From: an uncultured Verrucomicrobiae bacterium | GTDB taxonomy: Bacteria > Verrucomicrobiota > Verrucomicrobiia > Limisphaerales > Palsa-1400 | Direction: 5' to 3' | NCBI GenBank assembly: GCA_963764165.1 | Contig: CAVXRD010000001.1 | Coordinates: 1,568,001 to 1,632,000 of the forward strand | Length of the DNA stretch: 64,000 nt | Shown here: positions 9,370-19,815 of the stretch, one piece after another | Position numbering within the stretch: the first letter of the stretch is position 1 | Layout of the letters: the number at the start of each line of letters is the position of its first letter | Position numbers and translations under genes: made by a program | Notes under the pieces: model-generated | Told to the model about the DNA's origin: nothing | Database searches by the model: none | The model's input: the letters and a program-made list of their open reading frames with translations, nothing else

Positions 9370-11154
9370 ATGAAGACTATCAGTGTCTATATGTGTTCCA
9401 TTCTATTCGCAAGCTGTCTGGCTGTTCAGGCGTTCGAACGTGAAGTGTGGATATCCCCGATTGGGCCGGCGGTGACAAACGCGTTTACCAGCGACACCTC
9501 TGTAACCGTCACTGGCACGGGAACAGTCGTATATCCGGAAAATGTTATTGGAACTCCAACATATCCATTTCGCTGTCCGGACGCCAGCTCGCTCAGCAAC
9601 GTCCTTCATTGGGTGCTTCCAGAGACCAATATGACAATCCACTTCATGGTCGGGACATTCGAGACGCAGGTTGGCGCCATTGTGGTCGAGCATGGATGGA
9701 GATTAGTGGGGGCCGGAATCGATAATACGATCATTCAAATGACCCCCGGCGCTGTTGTTCAGGACGGGTCCCTTTGCGTCATCGGCGCCTGGAATGGCTC
9801 CGGTGTTAATAACGCGGACAGCGTGGAGGTTGCTGACATGACGGTGGACTGCAACCTCATTAACAGTAATGTAACCGTAACATCCGGTGGTTTTCTTGGC
9901 GCGGTGGGGTTTGGCGGCAACGACACGAGGATTTCCCGCGTCAAAGTTATCAACTGGGGATCACCGAGCGGCAGCCCGGTCACCTGCTATGTCTTGAACT
10001 TGGGCACGTCCAGCACCGGCGGCCCCGTCACAAACTGCGTGATTGAAGGTTGCATCCTGACTCAACCCGCGGCGGGGGCGTCCGGTGCGGGCGTCATAGG
10101 TATTTCCGCAGGAACAGGAAATGGGCCCATATATGCCGGCGTGCTTCGAAACAATGTTGTCTACAATGTGGGCGCGGGGGGCTCGGGCCAACCGGGAGCT
10201 TTTGTCGCATACCAGCCAAGTGGTTTGACGCTGAACAACATCGCGACGGGCCTTTCAGGAAACAGCACCTCCGTCTTCGCTGCTTCCGGAGACTTCGTCG
10301 ATGCAGTCGTGGATGGAAACGTTTTTGACAACGTTGCCAACGGGATCGAGATCGATTCGGAAAGCGGGTTTTCGACGAATGTGATATTAAAGAACAACGT
10401 GATTCGGGTGAACGGTGGAAACGGTATCTGGTATTACACAGGCGGGAGCTCGAATCACTGGGCGTCCAATTTAGTGATTATGGACAACATCGTCTACCCG
10501 TCTTTAACTGCCACCTCGTGCACCCCGCTGGCCATTGGGAACTATCTGTCCGCATCTGTGATGAACAACATCTTTCAGCATGCCGGCTCCGAACCAGATG
10601 TTTATATGAACTGGTATTTTACTCCGAACCCTCAGCATTCTGTCTCTACAAGCGATAGTATTCAACTAAACACCTGGGCTGGCAATGTTAATTTTAGCGG
10701 AACACAGCTTGTTGAGACCAGCGATTGGGATTGGCAGCCCGGGGACCAGGACACCATTCAGTTCACGCCGACGAGCGCGGGCTGGTACAGGATCATGACC
10801 GGCGTATATTACGGTTCAATCGCGGCGGATATTACCATAGATTCGCCGATGTGGAACGGATATATTACCGACACCGAGTTTTGGTTCCGCATGATGGGCG
10901 GGAGCACCTCCAGCACCATTGGCGAGGTGGTTGAAAACCGGCGCGGCAGTTATCCGTTTGGGACGGCGGGGAATGTCACTGAGGTTAGAGTTGGCTGCGA
11001 TGGCTCTTACACATACCTCGACGTTTACGTGCCGTCGACCACGGGTGCTCTGCCAATCAGTGTCACGGCAAAGGGCCTTCTTCGAGGCAGGCTTGAGGTT
11101 CCCACCGGGCCAACAACAACTGCGCCTACGGTGTCGTTCACACAAAGCCTCTAA
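9370..11154 (+). CDS. secreted right-handed beta-helix (pectin-lyase-like) protein, paralogue 1
   Basis: Signal peptide MKTISVY...AVQA, GAGID.TII motif, Asn/Gly-rich NN-V/I repeats. Start chosen by alignment to paralogue 2. Confidence 0.8.
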   Translation: MKTISVYMCSILFASCLAVQAFEREVWISPIGPAVTNAFTSDTSVTVTGTGTVVYPENVIGTPTYPFRCPDASSLSNVLHWVLPETNMTIHFMVGTFETQVGAIVVEHGWRLVGAGIDNTIIQMTPGAVVQDGSLCVIGAWNGSGVNNADSVEVADMTVDCNLINSNVTVTSGGFLGAVGFGGNDTRISRVKVINWGSPSGSPVTCYVLNLGTSSTGGPVTNCVIEGCILTQPAAGASGAGVIGISAGTGNGPIYAGVLRNNVVYNVGAGGSGQPGAFVAYQPSGLTLNNIATGLSGNSTSVFAASGDFVDAVVDGNVFDNVANGIEIDSESGFSTNVILKNNVIRVNGGNGIWYYTGGSSNHWASNLVIMDNIVYPSLTATSCTPLAIGNYLSASVMNNIFQHAGSEPDVYMNWYFTPNPQHSVSTSDSIQLNTWAGNVNFSGTQLVETSDWDWQPGDQDTIQFTPTSAGWYRIMTGVYYGSIAADITIDSPMWNGYITDTEFWFRMMGGSTSSTIGEVVENRRGSYPFGTAGNVTEVRVGCDGSYTYLDVYVPSTTGALPISVTAKGLLRGRLEVPTGPTTTAPTVSFTQSL

Positions 11155-11210
11155 TATCGTCATGGACTTGGTCATTTAACGAGCAGAAATCATTAAAAAA
11201 GGAGTATTAA

Positions 11211-12986
11211 ATGAAGGCTATCAAAGTCTATGGATGTTTTTTTCTATTCGCAAGCTGTCTAGCCGCTCAGGCGCTAGAAAGAGAGGTTTGGATATCCCCG
11301 ATTGGGGCGGCTGTAACAAACGTCACTAACATCAACGTCTCTGTCAGCGTCGCCGGCACGGGAACGATCGTGTACCCGGCGAATCTTACTGGAACTGAAA
11401 CATATCCATTTCGCTGTCCGGATGCCACCTCGCTCAGCAACGTCCTTCACTGGGTGCTTCCACAGACCAATATGACAATCCACTTCATGGCCGGGACATT
11501 TGAGACGGAAGTTGGCACGATTGTTGTCCAGATCGGATGGAAACTAAGAGGAGCCGGAATCGATGATACAATCATTCAAATGACACCCGGCGCTACTGTG
11601 CCGGACGGGGCTCTTTGCGTCATCGACTGGTGGAATGGCCGCGGTGTTAATAACGCGGACCATGTGGAGGTTTCTGATTTGACGGTGGACTGCAACCTTG
11701 CTACCCTTACCGTGATCCCCGGTGGCAAGCTTGGCGCTATTCAGTTTGGAGGCAACGACATAAAGGTCTCCCGCGTCAAAGCCATCAACTGGGGCTCAGC
11801 AACCGGCGCCTCGAACGAATGCTTTGTTTTCGCCTTGAGCGCCTCCAATACTGGCGGTCCCGCCACAAACTCCGTGATTGAAGACTGCATCGTGACTCAA
11901 CCCGCGGCGGCGTCCGGTGCGGGCGTCACAGGCATTTCCGCTGGGCAAGGAAACGGGAACCAAGTCGCCAACGTGGTGCGGAACAATGTTGTCTACGGTG
12001 TGGCCTCAGGGGGCACAAATCAGCCAGGATATATTAACGCTTACGTGGCAGGTGCCATGACGATAAACAATATCGCGACGGGATTGCTGGGGCCCGGAAG
12101 CGACTGCGTCCACATTGACAGCTATAGCTTTGTCGATTCGGTCGTGAGCGGAAACATTTTTGACAACGTCACCGCGGGAATGACCTTCAATATGATCAAT
12201 TCAAATTCATCGACGAATTTGGTATTAAAGAACAACGTGATTCGTCTGAATGGTGGATCGGGCATCTGGTATTTAACAGGCTCGAATTACTGGGCGTCCA
12301 ATTTAATGATTATGGACAATATCGTTTACCCGTCTTTAACTGCCACCACGTGCAACCCGCTGTCCATTGGGAACTATATGACCGCATCGGTGATGAACAA
12401 CATTTTTCAGTACGCCGGCTCCAATGCGGATCTTATCATGAACTCTAATTTTACTCAGAACCCTCAGAATTATTACTCTACAAGTGGTGCTTTGCAACTA
12501 AACACCTGGGCCGGCAATGTTAATTTTAGCGGAACACAGCTTGTTGAGGCCAACGACTGGGATTGGCAGCCCGGGGACCAGGACACCATTCAGTTCACGC
12601 CGACGAGCGCGGGCTGGTACAGGATCATGACCGGCGTATATTACGGTTCAATCGCGGCGGATATTACCATAGATTCGCCGATGTGGAACGGATATATTAC
12701 CGACACCGAGTTTTGGTTCCGCATGATGGGCGGGAGCACCTCCAGCACCATTGGCGAGGTGGTTGAAAACCGACGCGGCAGTTATCCGTTTGGGACGGCG
12801 GGGAATGTCACTGAGGTTAGAGTTGGCTGCGATGGCTCTTACACATACCTCGACGTTTACGTGCCGTCGACCACGGGTGCTCTGCCCATCAGTGTCACGG
12901 CAAAGGGCCTTCTTCGAGGCAGGCTTCAGGTTCCCAGCGGGCCCACAACGACTGCGCCTGCGGTGTCGTTCACACAAAGCCTTTAA
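11211..12986 (+). CDS. secreted right-handed beta-helix protein, paralogue 2
   Basis: Colinear with 9370-11154; RBS AAGGAG upstream. Confidence 0.8.
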   Translation: MKAIKVYGCFFLFASCLAAQALEREVWISPIGAAVTNVTNINVSVSVAGTGTIVYPANLTGTETYPFRCPDATSLSNVLHWVLPQTNMTIHFMAGTFETEVGTIVVQIGWKLRGAGIDDTIIQMTPGATVPDGALCVIDWWNGRGVNNADHVEVSDLTVDCNLATLTVIPGGKLGAIQFGGNDIKVSRVKAINWGSATGASNECFVFALSASNTGGPATNSVIEDCIVTQPAAASGAGVTGISAGQGNGNQVANVVRNNVVYGVASGGTNQPGYINAYVAGAMTINNIATGLLGPGSDCVHIDSYSFVDSVVSGNIFDNVTAGMTFNMINSNSSTNLVLKNNVIRLNGGSGIWYLTGSNYWASNLMIMDNIVYPSLTATTCNPLSIGNYMTASVMNNIFQYAGSNADLIMNSNFTQNPQNYYSTSGALQLNTWAGNVNFSGTQLVEANDWDWQPGDQDTIQFTPTSAGWYRIMTGVYYGSIAADITIDSPMWNGYITDTEFWFRMMGGSTSSTIGEVVENRRGSYPFGTAGNVTEVRVGCDGSYTYLDVYVPSTTGALPISVTAKGLLRGRLQVPSGPTTTAPAVSFTQSL

Positions 12987-13185
12987 TGATGGGCGAGCCG
13001 TGCTTAGAAACCGGCCGCACGCGATTCACAACTCAGCTCGGGACGTTGGGCGCGCCGCCGCTAGGGCGCGCTCAACGCCTCAACTGCCACATCGACATGG
13101 GTGAGGGCTCCGCAACAGGGTGTCTCGAATGTCGATTGCATTTGGAACTTGTGCATGACCGCGACTGCGCATATTCTATATTTTC

Positions 13186-14140
13186 ATGAACCACACGCCT
13201 AAAGTGAAAGATGCCAATCACTCGGGGGCAAGGATTGGACCCGCCAACGGATTTACCTTGATCGAACTGCTGGTCGTGATCGCCATTATCGCCATCCTGG
13301 CGGCGATGCTGCTGCCGGCTTTGAGCAAGGCTAAAATTCAGGCCCAAGGCGTTCAGTGCATGAATAATGGAAACCAATTGAGCAAAGCCTGGCAGATGTA
13401 CGCGGGAGACAACCATGACGGGTGCGTCAATAATTTCGGCGTTACCGAAACAGATTATGTGGAGGCCCAGACACTCAACCCGGACTATGGCACCTGGGTT
13501 ATGAATGTCATGGATTGGACGACGGCCGAGCAGAACACGAATGTGTCGTATATTCAAAAAGGGCTCCTGGGGCCTTACATGGCCGGTTCCGCGGGGGCCT
13601 ACAAGTGTCCGGGCGACCATTATCTGAGCAGCGCGCAAATCGCGGCTGGATTTCCAGCGCGGGCCCGAAGTTATTCCATGAATTGCTTTCTTGGACATTT
13701 TTCTCCATGCGCCACGTGTGTGTCGGGAGCGGCCGGTTCCGGGACCGATGTCACTTACCAAGGCATGGACTGGGCCAATTCGGCGTGGCCGCAGGTACTT
13801 AAAGGTGGGCAGCATTCCCCAGCCCTCCCAAATTTTTGTGTTCCTCGACGAGCATGCCGATTCCATCAACGATGGCTATTTCGATTCTGGCCAGGCCGTT
13901 CAGGGAGTGCCCTCAACCTGGGGCGACTGCCCAGCCTCTTACCATAACGGAGCCTGCGGTTTTTCCTTTAGCGACGGCCATTCGGAAATTCACAAGTGGG
14001 TGGTCCCAGGCACGGACGCCCCGGTAATTCCCGGGGGCGCAAACTGGCCGGGGCCGTCGCTGGGGAGTCCTCCCAACTACAAGGATCGTTATTGGATCTG
14101 CGCCCATTCCAGCAGCGGCAATGGCCTCAACGCTCCATAA
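13186..14140 (+). pseudogene. prepilin-type N-terminal cleavage/methylation protein with H-X9-DG motif, split by a +1 frameshift at ~13795
   Basis: [14 protein letters not shown] in the first frame; FVFLDEH..SINDG.F and [20 protein letters not shown] in the next frame. Confidence 0.85.
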
Positions 14141-14213
14141 ACGGGCCGGGGCCAGCCCTCAGTTTTCGCGCTAGCCATGAGGTTCCATTCCGCTCCTCTC
14201 TCGAAAACGCTGT

Positions 14214-14630
14214 TCAGTCACTTGGGCGGGGGTTTTTATTGCCTTGGCGCACAATTGGGGCGCGGTCATTGCCCAGACGGTTTAATTGCTCTGCGGTCGC
14301 CGGCTGTGTGAGCACTTTCAGCAATCTGTAGTTTTTCCCGGGCGGTATCGGCAATAATAATCCCGCCAAACTCGAATCTTCCGGCAAATCTTCCCACCCT
14401 TGAGCACCCGTCATTTTATGTTTTTCCCCGAACTTGCTGACATTCGGGATAATAACTTCTTCAGCCGATTCACGGCGCACCCAATAGTTTTTGCTTTCGA
14501 TTCGGGCAGGCCCGCCAAAAATCGCCTCGTCAAATGGCAGCTCGAATTCGCCCCCGGGGCCGCGCATTAAAACTGTCAGCTTTCCTCCGGGTTTAACCTC
14601 AACATTATTTTGCACAACGCGATTGCACAT
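14214..14630 (-). CDS. hypothetical protein
   Basis: 138-aa ORF filling the gap, with plausible composition; no family recognised. Confidence 0.5.
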   Translation of the reverse strand: MCNRVVQNNVEVKPGGKLTVLMRGPGGEFELPFDEAIFGGPARIESKNYWVRRESAEEVIIPNVSKFGEKHKMTGAQGWEDLPEDSSLAGLLLPIPPGKNYRLLKVLTQPATAEQLNRLGNDRAPIVRQGNKNPRPSD

Positions 14631-14768
14631 GTTTTTCAGTATGGGGGGCCACTCCCACGGTTGCCAATTCCAATTGGGAGGACAATCAAACGCAGCCCGG
14701 GACGGTTACCGAAACGCGCGCACCCGTCTTGACTGTGAGGACAAATGGGGGCAAACGTAGGCTGAAAT

Positions 14769-15872
14769 ATGCCTGAGCAATCCACAAGGGCCGAGCTTCC
14801 GCCCATAAATCGAAGCACTGCTTATGCGAGTTGCGTTTGGTTGGAGGGCGGGCTGGCCTTTAACCGGCGGAGCCTGCACACCTGCCTCGTTGTCCATCAC
14901 GGACGCGGATGTCCCGAGCTGATGAAATTCAACGGCGGCGAAATCCCCGTCAGGCAAATCTTGGCCGCGCGAGACGAGATGATTCGCCAGAACCAGACGG
15001 GCCGGCATCCAGCGTGCCGGGATTGTCCGCACCTGGTTACAAAACTCTGGCCGCAGCCGCGATATCCGTTCCATACCATAGGAATCGCCAATTTTACCCG
15101 CTGCAATCTGCGCTGCAATTATTGCTTTCTTCAGACCGCGGTGGATCGCTCGATTTTGAACGGAGGCGACCAGCCCTATCGCGTCATGCCTGTTTTGCAG
15201 CAGTTGATCCGCGATGGCTTGCTGGCTCCCGACGCCTTCATAGACTGGGGCGGTGGCGAACCGACGATCTACCCTGAGTTTGATTCAATCCTCGAGCTGA
15301 CGACCCTTCGCGGGGCCGGCAATCTCGTTCATACCAACGGCACGCGCTTTCCTGCGCCGCTAAAACAAGCTTTGCCCGCTGGAAAAGTCCACATTATCTG
15401 CTCGGTTGATGCGGGCAGCCGCGAAACTTATAAATTGATCAAGGAAGAAGATCTTTACGACCGGGTGTGGAAAAATCTGGCCGAGTACCAGAGAGTGGGC
15501 TGCTTGCTTTATGTAAAATATATAGTCAAGGAGGAGAATTGCAACAGCCCCGATCTGGTGGCTTTTGTCCAGCAAGTGCGCCAACTCGGGTCTCCCAAGG
15601 TGCTGGTTGATATCGACTATGACTTTCCGATTCCCAGCGCCGCGGTATTAAAAGGATTGTGCGAAATGGTGCAGGAATGCAAACGCAACCGTGTGCCGGT
15701 GGACGTGGGCTACACCGGCACCTATTTCACGCCCGAAGCAGGAACAAAAGAACTTGTGCTCCAGCAGACTCGCGCGGGTCTCTTTCCGGCGTTAAAAAAG
15801 GCCTTGCGCGGAATGACTGCTGCCGCAACGTCTTTCTTCGCCAGCCTCCGGCAAAGCGGAGGCTTGAAATAG
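14769..15872 (+). CDS. radical SAM protein
   Basis: CNLRCNYC motif, WGGGEPT, SVDAG..ETY..IK; additional N-terminal cysteines. Confidence 0.9.
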   Translation: MPEQSTRAELPPINRSTAYASCVWLEGGLAFNRRSLHTCLVVHHGRGCPELMKFNGGEIPVRQILAARDEMIRQNQTGRHPACRDCPHLVTKLWPQPRYPFHTIGIANFTRCNLRCNYCFLQTAVDRSILNGGDQPYRVMPVLQQLIRDGLLAPDAFIDWGGGEPTIYPEFDSILELTTLRGAGNLVHTNGTRFPAPLKQALPAGKVHIICSVDAGSRETYKLIKEEDLYDRVWKNLAEYQRVGCLLYVKYIVKEENCNSPDLVAFVQQVRQLGSPKVLVDIDYDFPIPSAAVLKGLCEMVQECKRNRVPVDVGYTGTYFTPEAGTKELVLQQTRAGLFPALKKALRGMTAAATSFFASLRQSGGLK

Positions 15873-16200
15873 CGCGGACCGCTTCAAGCGGCTTCGTGTT
15901 TGTTAGCCGCTCGGGCTTCTTTGCATTTTCGCTCGGTTCAGTTGGGTTGCTCGTTCCACGCATGCCTGAAATCGTCGATTGAATTCGCCGGCGCCTTGCC
16001 CTAGCCGGGGTTCGACGGCTAGGAATTAACTCAGGCGCCTGAAATCCGCGCCCTCCGCCTCAAACGCAAGGGCGGGTGGGATTGGGCGGGATTGGGCTTG
16101 CCAAGGATGGAATCGTGCAATAATAACAGCCGGATTCAGGCTGAATGAAAACATCACCGCTCCAATTTAAAGGGCCAGAAAACGCCGCGGGAGAGCTCGA

Positions 16201-16857
16201 ATGCCCCTGAGCATTCATAACTTCTACGGGCAAATTTTCAAGATCTGGCGGCGGCGCCGCTTTAATCTGTTTCTTCGCCTGGCCGCTCCAAGGCCGTCGG
16301 ATATCATGCTTGACGTCGGGGGGACACCGTGGTTTTGGGCCTCAAGCTCCGTGACAGTCAAACAAATTGACACGCTGAACCTTGTTCAACAAGACGTTAG
16401 CGCGGCCGTCGGCGCTCGATTTGTGGTTCGCTCGCTGGCGGGCGATGGGTGCCGTTTGGAGATGGCGGACAAGTCCTATGACATTGCTTTTTCCAACAGC
16501 GTGATCGAGCACGTGGGGTCATGGGAGCGGCAAGAATGCTTTGCGCGGGAAATTCGCCGGGTGGGAAGGTCGCTTTGGGTTCAAACACCGGCTTACGAGT
16601 GCCCATTTGAACCACACTACTTGACGCCATTCGTGCATTATTTGCCGGTGCCGGTCCGGCGCGCCGTTGTTCGCTGGTGCACCGTTTGGGGATGGCTGGA
16701 GCGGCCAACACCCGAGCAGGTTAACGAGATGGTGGTGATGACGCGCCTGCTCCGCAAATCGGAAATGCAGAAGTTGTTTCCCGATTGCCAAATCTTGACG
16801 GAGCGCCTCCTTTGGATCATTCCCAAATCCTACATTGCGTTTCGTTCCAGAGGCTAA
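16201..16857 (+). CDS. class I SAM-dependent methyltransferase
   Basis: MLDVGGT, YDIAFSNSVIEHVG, WVQTP...PFEPH. Confidence 0.9.
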   Translation: MPLSIHNFYGQIFKIWRRRRFNLFLRLAAPRPSDIMLDVGGTPWFWASSSVTVKQIDTLNLVQQDVSAAVGARFVVRSLAGDGCRLEMADKSYDIAFSNSVIEHVGSWERQECFAREIRRVGRSLWVQTPAYECPFEPHYLTPFVHYLPVPVRRAVVRWCTVWGWLERPTPEQVNEMVVMTRLLRKSEMQKLFPDCQILTERLLWIIPKSYIAFRSRG

Positions 16858-16947
16858 TCGAGATGCGGCGTGATCGTGGATTGATGAGCGGCGCCCGGCC
16901 CCAACCCTCAAGGCGATTTTTGCGTCCCTGAAAATCGGCAGACCAGA

Positions 16948-18867
16948 TTACTTGTTCTTTAGCAACTCACACGCGGGCTTTACGCCAAGATCACAGGCTT
17001 TCTCCAGCAGAGCGGTGGCGCGCTGCTCGTCCCGCGGCACACCATCGCCGGTGTGGTAGAGCTTGGCCAGATACAGGCAGCTTGGGCCGTCCCGCCCGTC
17101 GGCGGCCTTTTGCAGCCAGTGCGCGGCAACGGTGTGGTCTGGAGAACCGCCCTCCCCGGCCAGCAGCATCCTGCCCAGCTTCTGGCACGCCTCCACGTCC
17201 CCCAAAACCGCGCCTTGCTCATAGAATTGGCGAGCCTTGGTTTTATCCATCGCGCGGCCGCGCCCGAGGTCGCAAGCGCAGCCCAGGATGTAATAGACTC
17301 GCGCGTTTGTCATGCTGGCGGAGGCTGCTTCCAAGTGGGCCAGCGCCCGGTTTGCATAAGGTTCGGCTTCGGAGCGGCCCAATAAGACATATTGAATGGC
17401 GAGATTGGCGCAGCCCTCGGGATTGCCAAGCTCGCAGGCTTTATCAAAATAAAGGCAGGCTTTGGCCCGGTCGGCAGCGACAATCTTTCCCTGAACGTAA
17501 AGCGTTCCCACTTGGTTGCACAGCACGCCCAGGGATTGCTCGCGGCTTTGTGGTCCAGCGGCGCCCACCACACCCGCCGGAATGGAATCATCGCGCAAGT
17601 CTTGCTTCTCGAAGTCCGCCAGCAGGCCCATCAGGTTTTTCGTCGCGTTGGGCCGCTTTTCTTGCGCGGCCCTGGCCCAGAACCCGATGGTCGCCCCAGG
17701 ATGCGGCGCCTCGACAAAACCGGCGCCCAGCATCAGCAGAAACATCGCCGCCCAGCAGGCCATATAGGTGTAATTCGGCGCGCGGGGGCCAGCCCTGCTT
17801 TCCCAGCGTCCCAATTTTCCCAAAGCACTGAGCGCGGCCAATCGATCCAGCAGCGGCGCCAGCAGGTTCAACATCGGAACCACCACCAATTTGTCGTAAA
17901 ACGACGGCAGCCCGATAGCTTCCAAGACCCAAAAAGCCGCGCACACGCCCAACCCATAAAGGCCACCGAAAACAATCCTGCCCAGGCTGCTGCGCGGGGT
18001 GGTTGCCGGATCCGTCATCAGCAGGTGCAATCCCAAAAAGACCGCGACGGGAATATTCGTGGTCACAAAAAAGTACACCCCGGTCGCGTGGAAATAGAAG
18101 AAGTCAACCAGAGCGATGGCCACCACAGCCGAAAACGTCAAGAGCGTGACGGAGAAAAAGTACTGCACCACCAGGCCACCCAAAAAAATCTCCAGATAGA
18201 GATAGGGCGGGCGCCCCTGTGTGAGGGCAATTTGCTCTCCCCAAGTGCATCCACTGTTGCCCGTGCAGATTAATACCAGCGAGACGATGGTCAGCGCCAG
18301 AGCCGACGGATTGAAAATATGCGTCCCCTTTCCCTCGCGCCGCCAGCGGATGAATTGCTTGCCCAGCACTCCCATGGCGACCATCAGGAACTGAAACACA
18401 AACCAATCGTCACGAAACCACATGAACAGATTGGTGCTGAAGATGATCGGCCACGGCCCGAATCCCAGCCGCCATGCCTGGCCCCGCCACCAGGTCAACA
18501 GCCCGTCAAATACATAAAGGAACACCACCTGCGAAAGAATCAGCGGAGCTTCCTCGTAGACATTCCGCCAATACCAGCCCCAGTACACATAAATGCTCAA
18601 CTGGACCAGAGCCTGCACGTAGTGCGACCTTACCGCCACGAACTCCCACGCCAACCCCGAACCATTCCGGCCCGCACGCATGAAGAGAACCCCTTGCCAG
18701 CATAACAAGAAGGCCGCCACCCCGCCGTAAGTCCAGGCCAGATGTGGATTCGTCCGCGCGCGCGAAATAAACCCGAGCGCCATAAACACCGCTGTCAGCG
18801 CCAGCGGCAGCGCCAGCGCCCGGCGAGTCCGCGGCGCCGGGGAATGGGTGGCGGCCGGCAAAGTCAT
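16948..18867 (-). CDS. RnfD/NqrB-like polytopic membrane domain fused to Sel1-like repeats
   Basis: HIFNPSALAL and LMTDPATTP motifs, many TM helices; C-terminal KAC.LG...GC and G.GV..D...A...KA repeats. Confidence 0.75.
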   Translation of the reverse strand: MTLPAATHSPAPRTRRALALPLALTAVFMALGFISRARTNPHLAWTYGGVAAFLLCWQGVLFMRAGRNGSGLAWEFVAVRSHYVQALVQLSIYVYWGWYWRNVYEEAPLILSQVVFLYVFDGLLTWWRGQAWRLGFGPWPIIFSTNLFMWFRDDWFVFQFLMVAMGVLGKQFIRWRREGKGTHIFNPSALALTIVSLVLICTGNSGCTWGEQIALTQGRPPYLYLEIFLGGLVVQYFFSVTLLTFSAVVAIALVDFFYFHATGVYFFVTTNIPVAVFLGLHLLMTDPATTPRSSLGRIVFGGLYGLGVCAAFWVLEAIGLPSFYDKLVVVPMLNLLAPLLDRLAALSALGKLGRWESRAGPRAPNYTYMACWAAMFLLMLGAGFVEAPHPGATIGFWARAAQEKRPNATKNLMGLLADFEKQDLRDDSIPAGVVGAAGPQSREQSLGVLCNQVGTLYVQGKIVAADRAKACLYFDKACELGNPEGCANLAIQYVLLGRSEAEPYANRALAHLEAASASMTNARVYYILGCACDLGRGRAMDKTKARQFYEQGAVLGDVEACQKLGRMLLAGEGGSPDHTVAAHWLQKAADGRDGPSCLYLAKLYHTGDGVPRDEQRATALLEKACDLGVKPACELLKNK

Positions 18868-19097
18868 TTCCGAAACAGGCTATGCAGGCATCGAATGGGC
18901 GATGTCGCTGGTGGAGTCATGGTATGCCGAACTTTATCCGGCGGGCTCGAACTGTCGAGACAAGATTTCGATCTGCCTGGCGCAAAAAACTAATGTTCAC
19001 TGGAGGAAGACCGGGAAAACGGAGACAAAAAAACATCTTTAGGCCCGTCGTCTTTGCGGCAGGCATTTGAGTGGACGGCGGATTTGGTTTTGGGTTC

Positions 19098-19379
19098 CTC
19101 TGCGCACTCATCTTTTCTGCGCGGACGTTTTTTCCCCGGAGATCCATGTCGCGAAAACCCAAGGGTGCAACAGGGTGCAATAGCGTGCAACGCCCCGATC
19201 ACGAACGGCTCCCCTCGCGCGGGGATCCGCAAAATATCAAAGAACACGCCCTGACGGCGACAACCAGGAACATAAGGCCGAAACTCCGTTTGTCAATTCC
19301 GATTGCAATTACACGCTTATGTGGTACTTCGTCGCATGACAAGCGAAACATCGATTGTTCAGGCTGGACCGGAGGCGAA
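19098..19379. repeat. dispersed divergent-promoter/boxA module, copy B
   Basis: Core 19147-19326 aligns with A, C and D. 19098-19146 also aligns with 36238-36286. ATG at 19336 gives MTSETSIVQAGPEA, homologous to MTTVSSIVQPGPEA in copy A. Confidence 0.9.
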
Positions 19380-19424
19380 AGAATTGACGGGGGCGCGGGG
19401 CCGAGGTTGCGCTGCGCTTTCGCA

Positions 19425-19622
19425 GTGTTCATAGCTCGGCCCGTCCTCGCCGCCGTTGCCCTGCGTCACTCTGCTCGAAATGATCGTGCCTTCAGTCGAA
19501 GGATAGCCGGTCGCCATGGCTTGCCGAACGGCGGGCACGACCAGGAAACCGTCAAAAAGCAACGTGATCGCCGACCAAAATACTCCAAAGAATGCCAGGA
19601 ACAGTCTGCCCTTCATTTGCAC
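19425..19622 (-). pseudogene. truncated DUF3592-like membrane protein
   Basis: TM segment followed by YPSTEGTIISSRV...DGPSY; homology appears to end where it meets the truncated ORF of copy B. Confidence 0.55.
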
Positions 19623-19815
19623 AAATTATCACGAGGATGGCTTGCACGTGTCAATCAGTGGAAAATGAAGAATACACCACCTCGCTGAAGCGAGGTGTTA
19701 ATGGAAAGACAGCCAGAAGAATTCTATCTCACACCCATTAGGCATATCCGGGCGGAAATCGGTGTTGGGGCGGAAATCGGTTGCGCTTTTACGGGCGAAA
19801 GGGCAATAATATCGC

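Noticed and set aside
10725..12986. Diversity-generating retroelement TR/VR pair
   Set aside because: Both copies are coding gene ends, the few mismatches are not confined to adenines of one copy, and no reverse transcriptase is in the window.
8163..12986. Prophage
   Set aside because: Only a gp27-like fragment and tailspike-like folds with signal peptides; no capsid, portal, large terminase or lysis genes.
13786..13810. Programmed ribosomal frameshift or phase-variable tract
   Set aside because: No slippery heptamer or long homopolymer at the junction.
19071..19688. 205-aa ORF, and ORFs 7858-8097, 31025-31279 and 36349-36669, as real genes
   Set aside because: They are translations of the repeated module; frames and stops are not conserved among the four copies.
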